Below, one piece after another: positions 54,841 to 64,000 of a stretch of DNA of 64,000 nucleotides (position 1 is the stretch's first letter; each line of letters starts with the position of its first letter). The stretch lies in assembly GCF_058153355.1 (NCBI RefSeq), contig NZ_CM177019.1. One strand, written 5' to 3'. Position numbers and translations under genes: made by a program. Below the pieces are notes generated by a model. That model was not told the DNA's origin. It worked only from the letters and a program-made list of their open reading frames with translations, and searched no databases.

Positions 54841-56073
54841 ATGGCAAAGGTATCGCTGGAGAAAGACAAGATTAAGTTTCTGCTGGTAGAAGGCGTGCAC
54901 CAAAAGGCGCTGGAAAGCCTTCGTGCAGCGGGTTACACCAACATCGAATTTCACAAAGGCGCGCTGGATGATGAACAATTAAAAGAATCCATCCGCGATG
55001 CCCACTTCATCGGCCTGCGATCCCGTACCCATCTGACTGAAGACGTGATCAACGCCGCAGAAAAACTGGTCGCTATTGGCTGTTTCTGTATCGGAACAAA
55101 CCAGGTTGATCTGGATGCAGCTGCAAAACGCGGGATCCCGGTATTTAACGCACCGTTCTCTAATACGCGCTCTGTTGCGGAGCTGGTAATTGGCGAACTT
55201 CTGCTGCTATTGCGCGGCGTACCGGAAGCCAACGCTAAAGCGCACCGTGGTGTCTGGAACAAGCTGGCAGCTGGCTCTTTTGAAGCGCGCGGCAAAAAGC
55301 TGGGTATCATCGGCTATGGTCATATTGGTACACAGTTGGGCATTCTGGCTGAATCGCTGGGAATGTATGTTTACTTTTATGATATTGAAAACAAACTGCC
55401 GCTGGGCAACGCCACTCAGGTACAGCATCTTTCTGATCTGCTGAATATGAGCGATGTGGTGAGTTTGCATGTGCCAGAGAATCCGTCCACCAAAAATATG
55501 ATGGGCGCGAAAGAGATTTCACTAATGAAGCCCGGCTCGCTGCTGATTAATGCCTCGCGCGGAACGGTGGTGGATATTCCGGCGCTGTGTGACGCGCTGG
55601 CGAGCAAACACCTGGCAGGTGCGGCAATCGATGTCTTCCCGACGGAACCGGCGACCAACAGCGATCCATTTACCTCTCCGCTGTGTGAATTCGACAACGT
55701 CCTTCTGACGCCACATATTGGCGGTTCGACTCAGGAAGCGCAGGAGAATATCGGCCTGGAAGTTGCGGGTAAATTGATCAAGTATTCTGACAATGGCTCA
55801 ACGCTCTCTGCGGTGAACTTCCCGGAAGTCTCGCTGCCACTGCACGGTGGGCGTCGTCTGATGCACATCCACGAAAACCGTCCGGGCGTGCTAACTGCGC
55901 TCAACAAAATTTTTGCCGAGCAGGGCGTCAACATCGCCGCGCAATATCTGCAAACTTCCGCCCAGATGGGTTATGTAGTTATTGATATTGAAGCCGACGA
56001 AGACGTTGCCGAAAAAGCGCTGCAGGCAATGAAAGCTATTCCGGGTACCATTCGCGCCCGTCTGCTGTACTAA
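54841..56073 (+). CDS. serA: D-3-phosphoglycerate dehydrogenase
   Basis: 410 aa MAKVSLEKDKIKFLLVEGVHQKALESLRAAGYTNIEFHKGALDDEQ. Confidence 0.95.
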   Translation: MAKVSLEKDKIKFLLVEGVHQKALESLRAAGYTNIEFHKGALDDEQLKESIRDAHFIGLRSRTHLTEDVINAAEKLVAIGCFCIGTNQVDLDAAAKRGIPVFNAPFSNTRSVAELVIGELLLLLRGVPEANAKAHRGVWNKLAAGSFEARGKKLGIIGYGHIGTQLGILAESLGMYVYFYDIENKLPLGNATQVQHLSDLLNMSDVVSLHVPENPSTKNMMGAKEISLMKPGSLLINASRGTVVDIPALCDALASKHLAGAAIDVFPTEPATNSDPFTSPLCEFDNVLLTPHIGGSTQEAQENIGLEVAGKLIKYSDNGSTLSAVNFPEVSLPLHGGRRLMHIHENRPGVLTALNKIFAEQGVNIAAQYLQTSAQMGYVVIDIEADEDVAEKALQAMKAIPGTIRARLLY

Positions 56074-56093
56074 ATCCCCTTCTCTGAAAATCA

Positions 56094-56125
56094 ACGGGCA
56101 GGTCACTGACTTGCCCGTTTTTTTA
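56094..56125 (+). terminator. Rho-independent terminator downstream of serA
   Basis: acgggcaggtcactgacttgcccgt + T7. Confidence 0.7.
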
Positions 56126-56239
56126 TCCCTTCTCCACACCGTTGCCGCATTGCGCATTCTACTTTGCGAGTCTGCTCCAGAAAATAAATCAAAGTCAGAT
56201 CAATGCGTTGTGTTTGTTTAATGAGGATTTAGGATGGCG

Positions 56240-56390
56240 AGGCAGCATAGGGCTACAACGGTAAAGCCCTCACCGAAGCGAGGGCTTGAAGGAGAAGGGT
56301 TATGATGCGACTCGTCATCATACTGATTGTACTGTTACTCATAAGTTTCCCAGCTTATTAACAGTCAGTCACAGGGGAGGAGCAATCCTC
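56240..56390 (-). ncRNA. sibC: SibC antisense sRNA (antitoxin to ibsC); boundaries approximate
   Basis: Inferred from known ibs/sib architecture; ends not determinable from sequence. Confidence 0.35.
56302..56361 (+). CDS. ibsC: Type I toxin IbsC (19-aa hydrophobic peptide)
   Basis: MMRLVIILIVLLLISFPAY; expected location between serA and ygfA. Confidence 0.6.
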   Translation: MMRLVIILIVLLLISFPAY

Positions 56391-56461
56391 CCTTACCCTT
56401 ACTCACTAAATTAGGTCAAAGAATCAACGATGTCAATCAGGGCGATGCAGGTGTGTCGCCC

Positions 56462-57010
56462 TCACCACTCCCAGACTTTCGACGGCGTAACTACTGCAGG
56501 AAGTGGAATATCCCACTCTTCAACGGGGAGTTTTTCTACCAACTGACAATCATGCGCATAACCCACCGGTTGCATTTGATAGCGCTGCCAGTTTTGTAAG
56601 GTCCGATCATAAAAACCACCGCCCATTCCCAGGCGCTGACCGTACTCATCAAAGGCGACCAGCGGTGTGATCAACACGTCTAATCGGGAAAGGGGTAGCA
56701 CGTCACGCACATCCAGTTTTGGCTCATGGATCTTCAACCTGTTCATCACCAGTTCGCTTTGCGGATGGTAATTCAGGAACAGCAAATTACCGGCACTAAA
56801 GGGATGCAAAACTGGAAGATATACGCGCTTACCGGCGCGCCAGAGTTGTTCTATGAGTGGCTGGGTGTCGAGTTCGCCATCAAAAGAGAGGAATACAGCG
56901 ACCGTATGCGCCATCACCACCGGGGGATAAGTCATCATCCGGGTAGCAGCTTGTTGACCCATTTCTTGCTGTTGTTTCGGCGTTAACGCACGACGACGTT
57001 GCCGAATCAT
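56462..57010 (-). CDS. ygfA: 5-formyltetrahydrofolate cyclo-ligase
   Basis: 182 aa from MIRQRRRALTPKQQQEMGQ; downstream of ssrS in same orientation. Confidence 0.8.
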   Translation of the reverse strand: MIRQRRRALTPKQQQEMGQQAATRMMTYPPVVMAHTVAVFLSFDGELDTQPLIEQLWRAGKRVYLPVLHPFSAGNLLFLNYHPQSELVMNRLKIHEPKLDVRDVLPLSRLDVLITPLVAFDEYGQRLGMGGGFYDRTLQNWQRYQMQPVGYAHDCQLVEKLPVEEWDIPLPAVVTPSKVWEW

Positions 57011-57082
57011 TTTGCGGATTTCTTGTCGATATAATGTCAGTGGGATTTCTGGTAGTTGCGTCATGGCTGGTGCCAGATAAGA

Positions 57083-57268
57083 AGGGAATCTCCGAGATGC
57101 CGCCGCAGGCTGTAACCCTTGAACCCTTGGTTCAAGGTGAATGTGTCGTCACAGTTTTAAGGCTTCTCGGACGGACCGAGCATGCTCACCAACCGCGGAG
57201 CGCCACATTCTTGTGGTATGAAATATCGGCTCAGGGGACTGGCCCGCTTGCGAACATCTCAGAGAAAT
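57083..57268 (-). ncRNA. ssrS: 6S RNA
   Basis: RC reads atttctctgagatgttcgcaagcgggccagtcccctgagccgatatttcatacc...ggagattccct. Confidence 0.9.
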
Positions 57269-57309
57269 TTTGTCTTCACGGTTACTCTACCACAGTAAAC
57301 CGAAAAGTG

Positions 57310-57705
<396 letters not shown>

Positions 57706-57806
57706 CTATAGCTACCCTGATGAGAAGAGACAAGCCCTTTTCTGGTCCACCAGGGCCCAAAGTGGTAGCATATCATGAATATTCCTCCCTTTGACGACGA
57801 ATGCTT

Positions 57807-58385
57807 ATGTCTATACAGAACGAAATGCCTGGTTACAACGAAATGAACCAGTATCTGAACCAACAAGGGACGGGTCTGACCCCTGCTGAGATGCATGGTT
57901 TAATCAGTGGGATGATATGTGGTGGTAACGATGACAGCTCATGGCTGCCACTGCTTCACGACCTGACGAACGAAGGCATGGCTTTCGGTCATGAGCTGGC
58001 ACAGGCATTGCGCAAAATGCACTCTGCTACCAGCGATGCCCTGCAGGATGACGGCTTCCTTTTTCAGCTTTATCTGCCTGATGGCGATGATGTCAGTGTT
58101 TTCGATCGTGCTGATGCGCTGGCAGGTTGGGTCAATCACTTCCTGCTTGGTCTTGGCGTTACGCAACCGAAGCTGGACAAAGTGACCGGCGAAACCGGTG
58201 AAGCCATCGACGATCTGCGTAACATCGCGCAGCTGGGCTACGACGAAGACGAAGATCAGGAAGAGCTGGAAATGTCGCTTGAAGAGATCATCGAGTACGT
58301 CCGTGTTGCCGCGCTGTTATGCCACGACACCTTTACTCATCCGCAACCGACCGCGCCAGAAGTACAAAAACCGACTCTACACTAA
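57807..58385 (+). CDS. ygfB: UPF0149 protein YgfB
   Basis: 192 aa from [31 protein letters not shown]. Confidence 0.85.
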
Positions 58386-58410
58386 AAACAAAAAACGTAA
58401 GGAGAGTGTT

Positions 58411-59736
58411 ATGAGTGAGATATCCCGGCAAGAATTTCAGCGTCGCCGTCAGGCCCTGGTAGAGCAAATGCAACCCGGCAGCGCCGCGCTGATTTTCGCG
58501 GCACCAGAAGTGACCCGTAGCGCCGACAGCGAATACCCCTATCGTCAGAACAGTGACTTCTGGTACTTCACCGGCTTTAACGAACCGGAAGCGGTGCTGG
58601 TACTGATTAAAAGTGATGACACTCATAACCACAGCGTTTTGTTTAACCGCGTGCGCGACTTGACGGCGGAGATCTGGTTTGGCCGTCGTTTAGGTCAGGA
58701 TGCCGCGCCAGAGAAACTGGGCGTTGACCGCGCACTGGCGTTCAGTGAAATCAATCAGCAACTTTATCAACTGCTTAATGGTCTGGATGTGGTTTACCAC
58801 GCTCAGGGCGAATATGCCTATGCTGATGAAATCGTGAACAGCGCGCTGGAAAAGCTGCGTAAAGGCTCGCGACAAAATCTCACCGCGCCAGCAACGATGA
58901 TCGACTGGCGTCCTGGTGTTCATGAAATGCGCCTGTTCAAATCGCCGGAAGAGATTGCCGTACTTCGCCGCGCGGGTGAAATCACTGCCCTGGCGCATAC
59001 CCGGGCGATGGAAAAATGCCGTCCGGGGATGTTCGAGTACCATCTGGAAGGCGAAATTCACCACGAATTTAACCGCCACGGTGCGCGTTACCCTTCCTAT
59101 AACACCATTGTTGGCAGCGGTGAAAACGGCTGCATTCTGCATTACACCGAAAACGAGTGTGAAATGCGCGACGGCGACCTGGTGCTGATTGATGCTGGTT
59201 GTGAATACAAAGGTTACGCTGGCGATATTACCCGCACCTTCCCGGTTAACGGTAAATTCACTCAGGCTCAGCGTGAAATCTACGACATTGTGCTGGAGTC
59301 TCTTGAAACCAGCTTGCGCCTGTATCGTCCGGGAACGTCCATTCAGGAAGTCACCGGTGAAGTGGTGCGCATCATGGTTAGCGGCCTGGTAAAACTCGGC
59401 ATCCTGAAAGGTGATGTTGATGAACTGATCGCTCAGAACGCCCATCGTCCTTTCTTTATGCATGGCCTTAGCCACTGGTTAGGTCTGGATGTCCATGATG
59501 TTGGTATTTATGGTCAGGATCGCTCGCGCATTCTGGAACCGGGCATGGTACTGACCGTAGAGCCGGGGCTGTACATTGCGCCGGATGCGGATGTACCAGA
59601 ACAATATCGCGGTATCGGCATTCGTATCGAAGACGACATTGTGATTACCGAAACCGGCAATGAAAACCTCACTGCCAGCGTAGTGAAAAAGCCGGAAGAA
59701 ATTGAAGCGTTGATGGCTGCTGCGAGAAAGCAATGA
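58411..59736 (+). CDS. pepP: Xaa-Pro aminopeptidase (aminopeptidase P)
   Basis: 441 aa from MSEISRQEFQRRRQALVEQMQPGSAALIFAAPE; RBS aaggaga. Confidence 0.9.
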   Translation: MSEISRQEFQRRRQALVEQMQPGSAALIFAAPEVTRSADSEYPYRQNSDFWYFTGFNEPEAVLVLIKSDDTHNHSVLFNRVRDLTAEIWFGRRLGQDAAPEKLGVDRALAFSEINQQLYQLLNGLDVVYHAQGEYAYADEIVNSALEKLRKGSRQNLTAPATMIDWRPGVHEMRLFKSPEEIAVLRRAGEITALAHTRAMEKCRPGMFEYHLEGEIHHEFNRHGARYPSYNTIVGSGENGCILHYTENECEMRDGDLVLIDAGCEYKGYAGDITRTFPVNGKFTQAQREIYDIVLESLETSLRLYRPGTSIQEVTGEVVRIMVSGLVKLGILKGDVDELIAQNAHRPFFMHGLSHWLGLDVHDVGIYGQDRSRILEPGMVLTVEPGLYIAPDADVPEQYRGIGIRIEDDIVITETGNENLTASVVKKPEEIEALMAAARKQ

Positions 59737-60911
59737 GCGTAATCATCGTCGGTGGCGGCATGGCGGGCGCGACGCTGGCGCTGGCTATTTCCCGGTTAAG
59801 TCACGGGGCGCTGCCGGTACATTTGATTGAAGCGACTGCGCCAGAGTCACATGCTCATCCGGGCTTTGATGGACGAGCTATTGCGCTGGCGGCGGGTACT
59901 TGTCAGCAACTGGCGCGCATCGGCGTCTGGCAATCTCTGGCTGATTGCGCAACCGCCATCACCAGCGTGCATGTCAGCGATCGTGGTCATGCCGGATTCG
60001 TCACCCTCGCCGCAGAAGATTACCAACTGGCGGCGCTGGGGCAGGTTGTCGAATTGCATAATGTCGGGCAACGGCTGTTTGCATTGCTGCGCAAAGCACC
60101 TGGCGTAACGCTGCATTGTCCGGATCGCGTGGCTAACGTTGCCCGTGCTCAGAGTCACGTTGAAGTGACGCTGGAGAGTGGCAAGACGTTGACGGGGCGT
60201 GTGCTGGTCGCTGCTGATGGCACCCATTCCGCGTTAGCCACCGCGTGCGGTGTTGACTGGCAGCAGGAGCCTTACGAACAACTGGCCGTGATTGCGAACG
60301 TTGCGACTTCCGTTGCGCACGAAGGCCGGGCGTTTGAGCGTTTCACACAATATGGCCCGTTGGCGATGTTGCCGATGTCTGACGGACGCTGTTCGCTGGT
60401 CTGGTGCCATCCACTGGAACGGCGCGAAGAGGTGCTGTCGTGGAGCGACGAGACGTTTTGCCGTGAACTCCAGTCGGCCTTTGGCTGGCGACTTGGGAAA
60501 ATTACCCACGCTGGTAAACGCAGTGCTTACCCGCTGGCGTTAACCCGCGCCGCCAGACCTGTTACCCATCGTACCGTGCTGGTGGGCAATGCGGCGCAAA
60601 CCCTGCACCCGATTGCCGGGCAAGGATTTAACCTCGGTATGCGTGATGTGATGAGCCTTGCGGAAACGCTGACTCAGGCTCAGGCACGTGAAGATGACAT
60701 CGGTGATTACGGCGTATTGTGCCGTTATCAGCAGCGTCGGCAGAGCGATCGCGAAGCAACCATCGGTGTCACGGACAGCCTTGTACATCTTTTTGCTAAC
60801 CGTTGGGCACCGTTGGTTGTCGGGCGCAACCTCGGGCTGATGACGATGGAATTATTCACCCCAGCACGCGATGTGCTGGCGCAGCGCACCCTCGGTTGGG
60901 TGGCGCGTTAA
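59733..60911 (+). CDS. ubiH: 2-octaprenyl-6-methoxyphenol hydroxylase
   Basis: 392 aa MSVIIVGGGMAGATLALAIS (FAD GGGxxG); overlaps pepP stop. Confidence 0.9.
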   Translation: MSVIIVGGGMAGATLALAISRLSHGALPVHLIEATAPESHAHPGFDGRAIALAAGTCQQLARIGVWQSLADCATAITSVHVSDRGHAGFVTLAAEDYQLAALGQVVELHNVGQRLFALLRKAPGVTLHCPDRVANVARAQSHVEVTLESGKTLTGRVLVAADGTHSALATACGVDWQQEPYEQLAVIANVATSVAHEGRAFERFTQYGPLAMLPMSDGRCSLVWCHPLERREEVLSWSDETFCRELQSAFGWRLGKITHAGKRSAYPLALTRAARPVTHRTVLVGNAAQTLHPIAGQGFNLGMRDVMSLAETLTQAQAREDDIGDYGVLCRYQQRRQSDREATIGVTDSLVHLFANRWAPLVVGRNLGLMTMELFTPARDVLAQRTLGWVAR

Positions 60912-60933
60912 AGGCGGCTTTAAGGAATAAACA

Positions 60934-62136
60934 ATGCAAAGTGTTGATGTAGCCATTGTTGGCGGCGGCATGGTGGGGCTGGCGGTTGCCTGCGGCTTGC
61001 AGGGCAGCGGCTTACGCGTTGCCGTACTGGAGCAGCGCGTACCGGAACCTCTGGCGGCGGATGCACCACCACAACTGCGCGTTTCGGCTATCAATGCCGC
61101 CAGCGAAAAATTACTCACCCGTCTTGGCGTCTGGCAGGACATTCTCTCTCGTAGGGCCAGCTGTTATCACGGTATGGAAGTGTGGGACAAAGACAGCTTT
61201 GGTCACATTTCGTTTGACGATCAAAGCATGGGCTATAGCCATCTTGGGCATATCGTTGAAAATTCAGTCATTCACTACGCGCTGTGGAACAAAGCACAGC
61301 AGTCCTCAGATATCAGCCTGCTAGCCCCTGCAGAATTACAGCAAGTCGCCTGGGGAGAGAACGAAACCTTCCTGACGCTGAAAGACGGCAGCATGTTAAC
61401 GGCGCGTCTGGTAATTGGCGCAGACGGCGCTAATTCCTGGTTGCGCAACAAAGCCGATATTCCGCTGACTTTCTGGGATTATCTGCATCACGCGCTGGTG
61501 GCGACCATTCGCACGGAAGAACCGCATGATGCGGTGGCGCGACAGGTTTTCCATGGCGAAGGCATTCTGGCCTTTTTGCCGCTTAGCGATCCGCATCTTT
61601 GCTCAATTGTCTGGTCACTGTCGCCAGAGGAAGCACAGCGGATGCAGCAGGCAGGTGAAGACGAATTTAATCGCGAGTTAAATATCGCTTTTGATAATCG
61701 CCTGGGCTTATGCAAGGTTGAGAGTGAACGCCTGGTGTTCCCGCTGACTGGGCGTTATGCGCGCCAGTTTGCCGCGCACCGTCTGGCGCTGGTGGGCGAC
61801 GCCGCACATACCATTCACCCGTTGGCGGGGCAGGGGGTGAATCTCGGCTTTATGGATGCTGCAGAGCTGATTGCTGAACTGAAACGGTTGCATCGTCAGG
61901 GTAAAGACATCGGGCAGTACATTTACCTGCGTCGCTATGAGCGTAGCCGCAAGCACAGTGCGGCGCTGATGCTGGCAGGTATGCAGGGATTCCGCGATCT
62001 GTTTTCCGGGGCTAATCCGGCGAAAAAACTGCTGCGTGATATTGGCCTGAAACTGGCCGACACGCTTCCTGGCGTTAAACCACAACTTATCCGTCAGGCA
62101 ATGGGATTAAACGATTTGCCTGAATGGCTGCGCTAA
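60934..62136 (+). CDS. ubiI: 2-octaprenylphenol hydroxylase (VisC/UbiI)
   Basis: 400 aa MQSVDVAIVGGGMVGLAVACGLQGSGLRVAVLEQ. Confidence 0.9.
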   Translation: MQSVDVAIVGGGMVGLAVACGLQGSGLRVAVLEQRVPEPLAADAPPQLRVSAINAASEKLLTRLGVWQDILSRRASCYHGMEVWDKDSFGHISFDDQSMGYSHLGHIVENSVIHYALWNKAQQSSDISLLAPAELQQVAWGENETFLTLKDGSMLTARLVIGADGANSWLRNKADIPLTFWDYLHHALVATIRTEEPHDAVARQVFHGEGILAFLPLSDPHLCSIVWSLSPEEAQRMQQAGEDEFNRELNIAFDNRLGLCKVESERLVFPLTGRYARQFAAHRLALVGDAAHTIHPLAGQGVNLGFMDAAELIAELKRLHRQGKDIGQYIYLRRYERSRKHSAALMLAGMQGFRDLFSGANPAKKLLRDIGLKLADTLPGVKPQLIRQAMGLNDLPEWLR

Positions 62137-62179
62137 AAATTTCTCTTCTGCTGTTTATTTGATACCCATCACACTTTCA

Positions 62180-62208
62180 TCTCCCGGTTTTTTCGCCGGG
62201 AGATTTTC
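62180..62208 (+). terminator. Rho-independent terminator downstream of ubiI
   Basis: tctcccggttttttcgccgggaga + TTTT. Confidence 0.65.
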
Positions 62209-62209
62209 C

Positions 62210-62583
62210 TCATTTGAAATAAACTAATTTCACCTGCGATTTCGCATTATATTTTCTAATGCCACGAATTTTTGATTTGGTGTTTTTTGACATTTTTTCA
62301 GTTCTTAATGTTGCCTTATTCAAATTAACTTTCTCATCTAATTATCTTTGTATAGAGATTGGTTCTTTTTTTGGTTTTTTATTCTGTTGTGATTTTGGCG
62401 TTTTTTAACCATAAGCTAATGTGATGATCAATTTTACCTTATGGTTAACAGTCTGTTTCGGTGGTAAGTTCAGGGAAAAGAGAACGATTGCGTTGGGGAC
62501 CGGGAGTGGCTCCGATGCTGGGTTTCGTGGTGATAATTTCACCATGAAAAAGTTGTCAGCCCCGCTTATTCAATGAGGACAAG
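62210..62583 (+). promoter_or_regulatory. AT-rich gcvTHP control region (expected GcvA/Lrp/CRP binding region); individual sites not resolved
   Basis: About 370 bp AT-rich non-coding tract immediately upstream of gcvT. Confidence 0.4.
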
Positions 62584-63678
62584 ATGGCACAACAGACTCC
62601 TTTGTACGAACAACACACGCTTTGCGGCGCTCGCATGGTGGATTTCCACGGCTGGATGATGCCGCTGCATTACGGTTCGCAAATCGACGAACATCATGCG
62701 GTACGTACCGATGCCGGAATGTTTGATGTGTCACATATGACCATCGTCGATCTTCGCGGCAGTCGCACCAGGGAGTTTCTGCGTTATCTGCTGGCGAACG
62801 ATGTGGCGAAGCTCACCAAAAGCGGCAAAGCCCTTTACTCGGGGATGTTGAATGCCTCTGGCGGTGTGATAGATGACCTTATCGTCTACTACTTTACTGA
62901 AGATTTCTTCCGCCTCGTTGTTAACTCCGCCACCCGCGAAAAAGACCTCTCCTGGATTACCCAACACGCTGAACCCTTCGGTATCGAAATTACCGTTCGT
63001 GATGACCTTTCCATGATTGCCGTTCAAGGACCGAATGCGCAGGCAAAAGCTGCCACACTGTTTAATGATGCTCAGCGTCAGGCGGTGGAAGGGATGAAAC
63101 CCTTCTTTGGCGTGCAGGCTGGCGATCTGTTTATTGCCACCACCGGTTATACCGGTGAAGCGGGCTACGAAATTGCGCTGCCCAATGAAAAAGCGGCGGA
63201 TTTCTGGCGTGCGCTGGTGGAAGCGGGCGTTAAGCCCTGCGGTCTGGGCGCTCGTGACACACTGCGTCTGGAAGCGGGTATGAATCTTTATGGTCAGGAG
63301 ATGGACGAAACCATTTCTCCTTTAGCAGCCAACATGGGCTGGACCATCGCCTGGGAACCGACTGATCGTGACTTTATCGGTCGTGAAGCTCTGGAAGCGC
63401 AGCGTGAACATGGCACAGAAAAACTGGTTGGTCTGGTGATGACCGAAAAAGGCGTGCTGCGTAATGAACTGCCGGTACGTTTTACCGATGCGCAGGGCAA
63501 TCAGCATGAAGGCATTATCACCAGCGGTACTTTCTCCCCGACGTTGGGTTACAGCATTGCGCTGGCACGCGTGCCGGAAGGTATTGGCGAAACGGCGATT
63601 GTGCAAATTCGCAACCGTGAAATGCCGGTAAAAGTGACGAAACCTGTTTTTGTGCGTAACGGCAAAGCCGTCGCGTGA
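62584..63678 (+). CDS. gcvT: Glycine cleavage system aminomethyltransferase (T protein)
   Basis: 364 aa [49 protein letters not shown]. Confidence 0.95.
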
Positions 63679-63700
63679 TTTACTTTTTGGAGATTAATTG

Positions 63701-64000
63701 ATGAGCAACGTACCAGCAGAACTGAAATACAGTAAAGAACACGAATGGCTGCGTAAAGAAGCCGACGGCACTTACACGGTTGGCATCACTGAGCACGCTC
63801 AGGAGCTGTTAGGCGATATGGTGTTTGTTGACCTGCCGGAAGTGGGCGCAACGGTAAGCGCGGGCGATGACTGCGCGGTTGCCGAATCGGTAAAAGCGGC
63901 GTCAGACATTTATGCGCCAGTAAGCGGTGAAATCATGGCGGTAAACGACGCACTGAGCGATTCTCCGGAACTGGTGAACAGCGAACCGTATGCAGGCGGC
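63701..64000 (+). CDS. gcvH: Glycine cleavage system H protein, N-terminal part (3' end outside window)
   Basis: [49 protein letters not shown]; runs to window edge. Confidence 0.9.
   Translation, partial: MSNVPAELKYSKEHEWLRKEADGTYTVGITEHAQELLGDMVFVDLPEVGATVSAGDDCAVAESVKAASDIYAPVSGEIMAVNDALSDSPELVNSEPYAGG

Overview
This window is an Escherichia coli chromosomal segment, collinear (in reverse orientation) with the K-12 speC–nupG–mltC–mutY–ansB–gshB–galP–metK–speAB–tktA–cmtBA–epd–pgk–fbaA–mscS–sbm operon–argP–rpiA–serA–ssrS–pepP–ubiHI–gcvTH interval. Gene identities are recognised from the translated ORFs; no search was run. Almost all of it is core housekeeping sequence. I did not find a convincing novel multi-gene system. 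The non-core content is: (1) three sequence-identical ~1.28 kb IS110-family elements that I recognise as IS621 (bridge-RNA recombinase), each sitting inside a REP element, two in one orientation and one inverted; (2) a lipoprotein ORF between speA and speB; (3) an SPFH/band-7 membrane protein with a repetitive Ala/Glu-rich tail between tktA and cmtB, next to an AT-rich tract; (4) a -1 frameshift splitting ansB. Also present: two inverted ERIC/IRU repeats, many REP/BIME elements, 6S RNA (ssrS), and the ibsC/sibC type I toxin locus. The most unusual structural observation is that two of the REP–IS621–REP blocks are bracketed by direct repeats of the adjacent gene's terminator hairpin.
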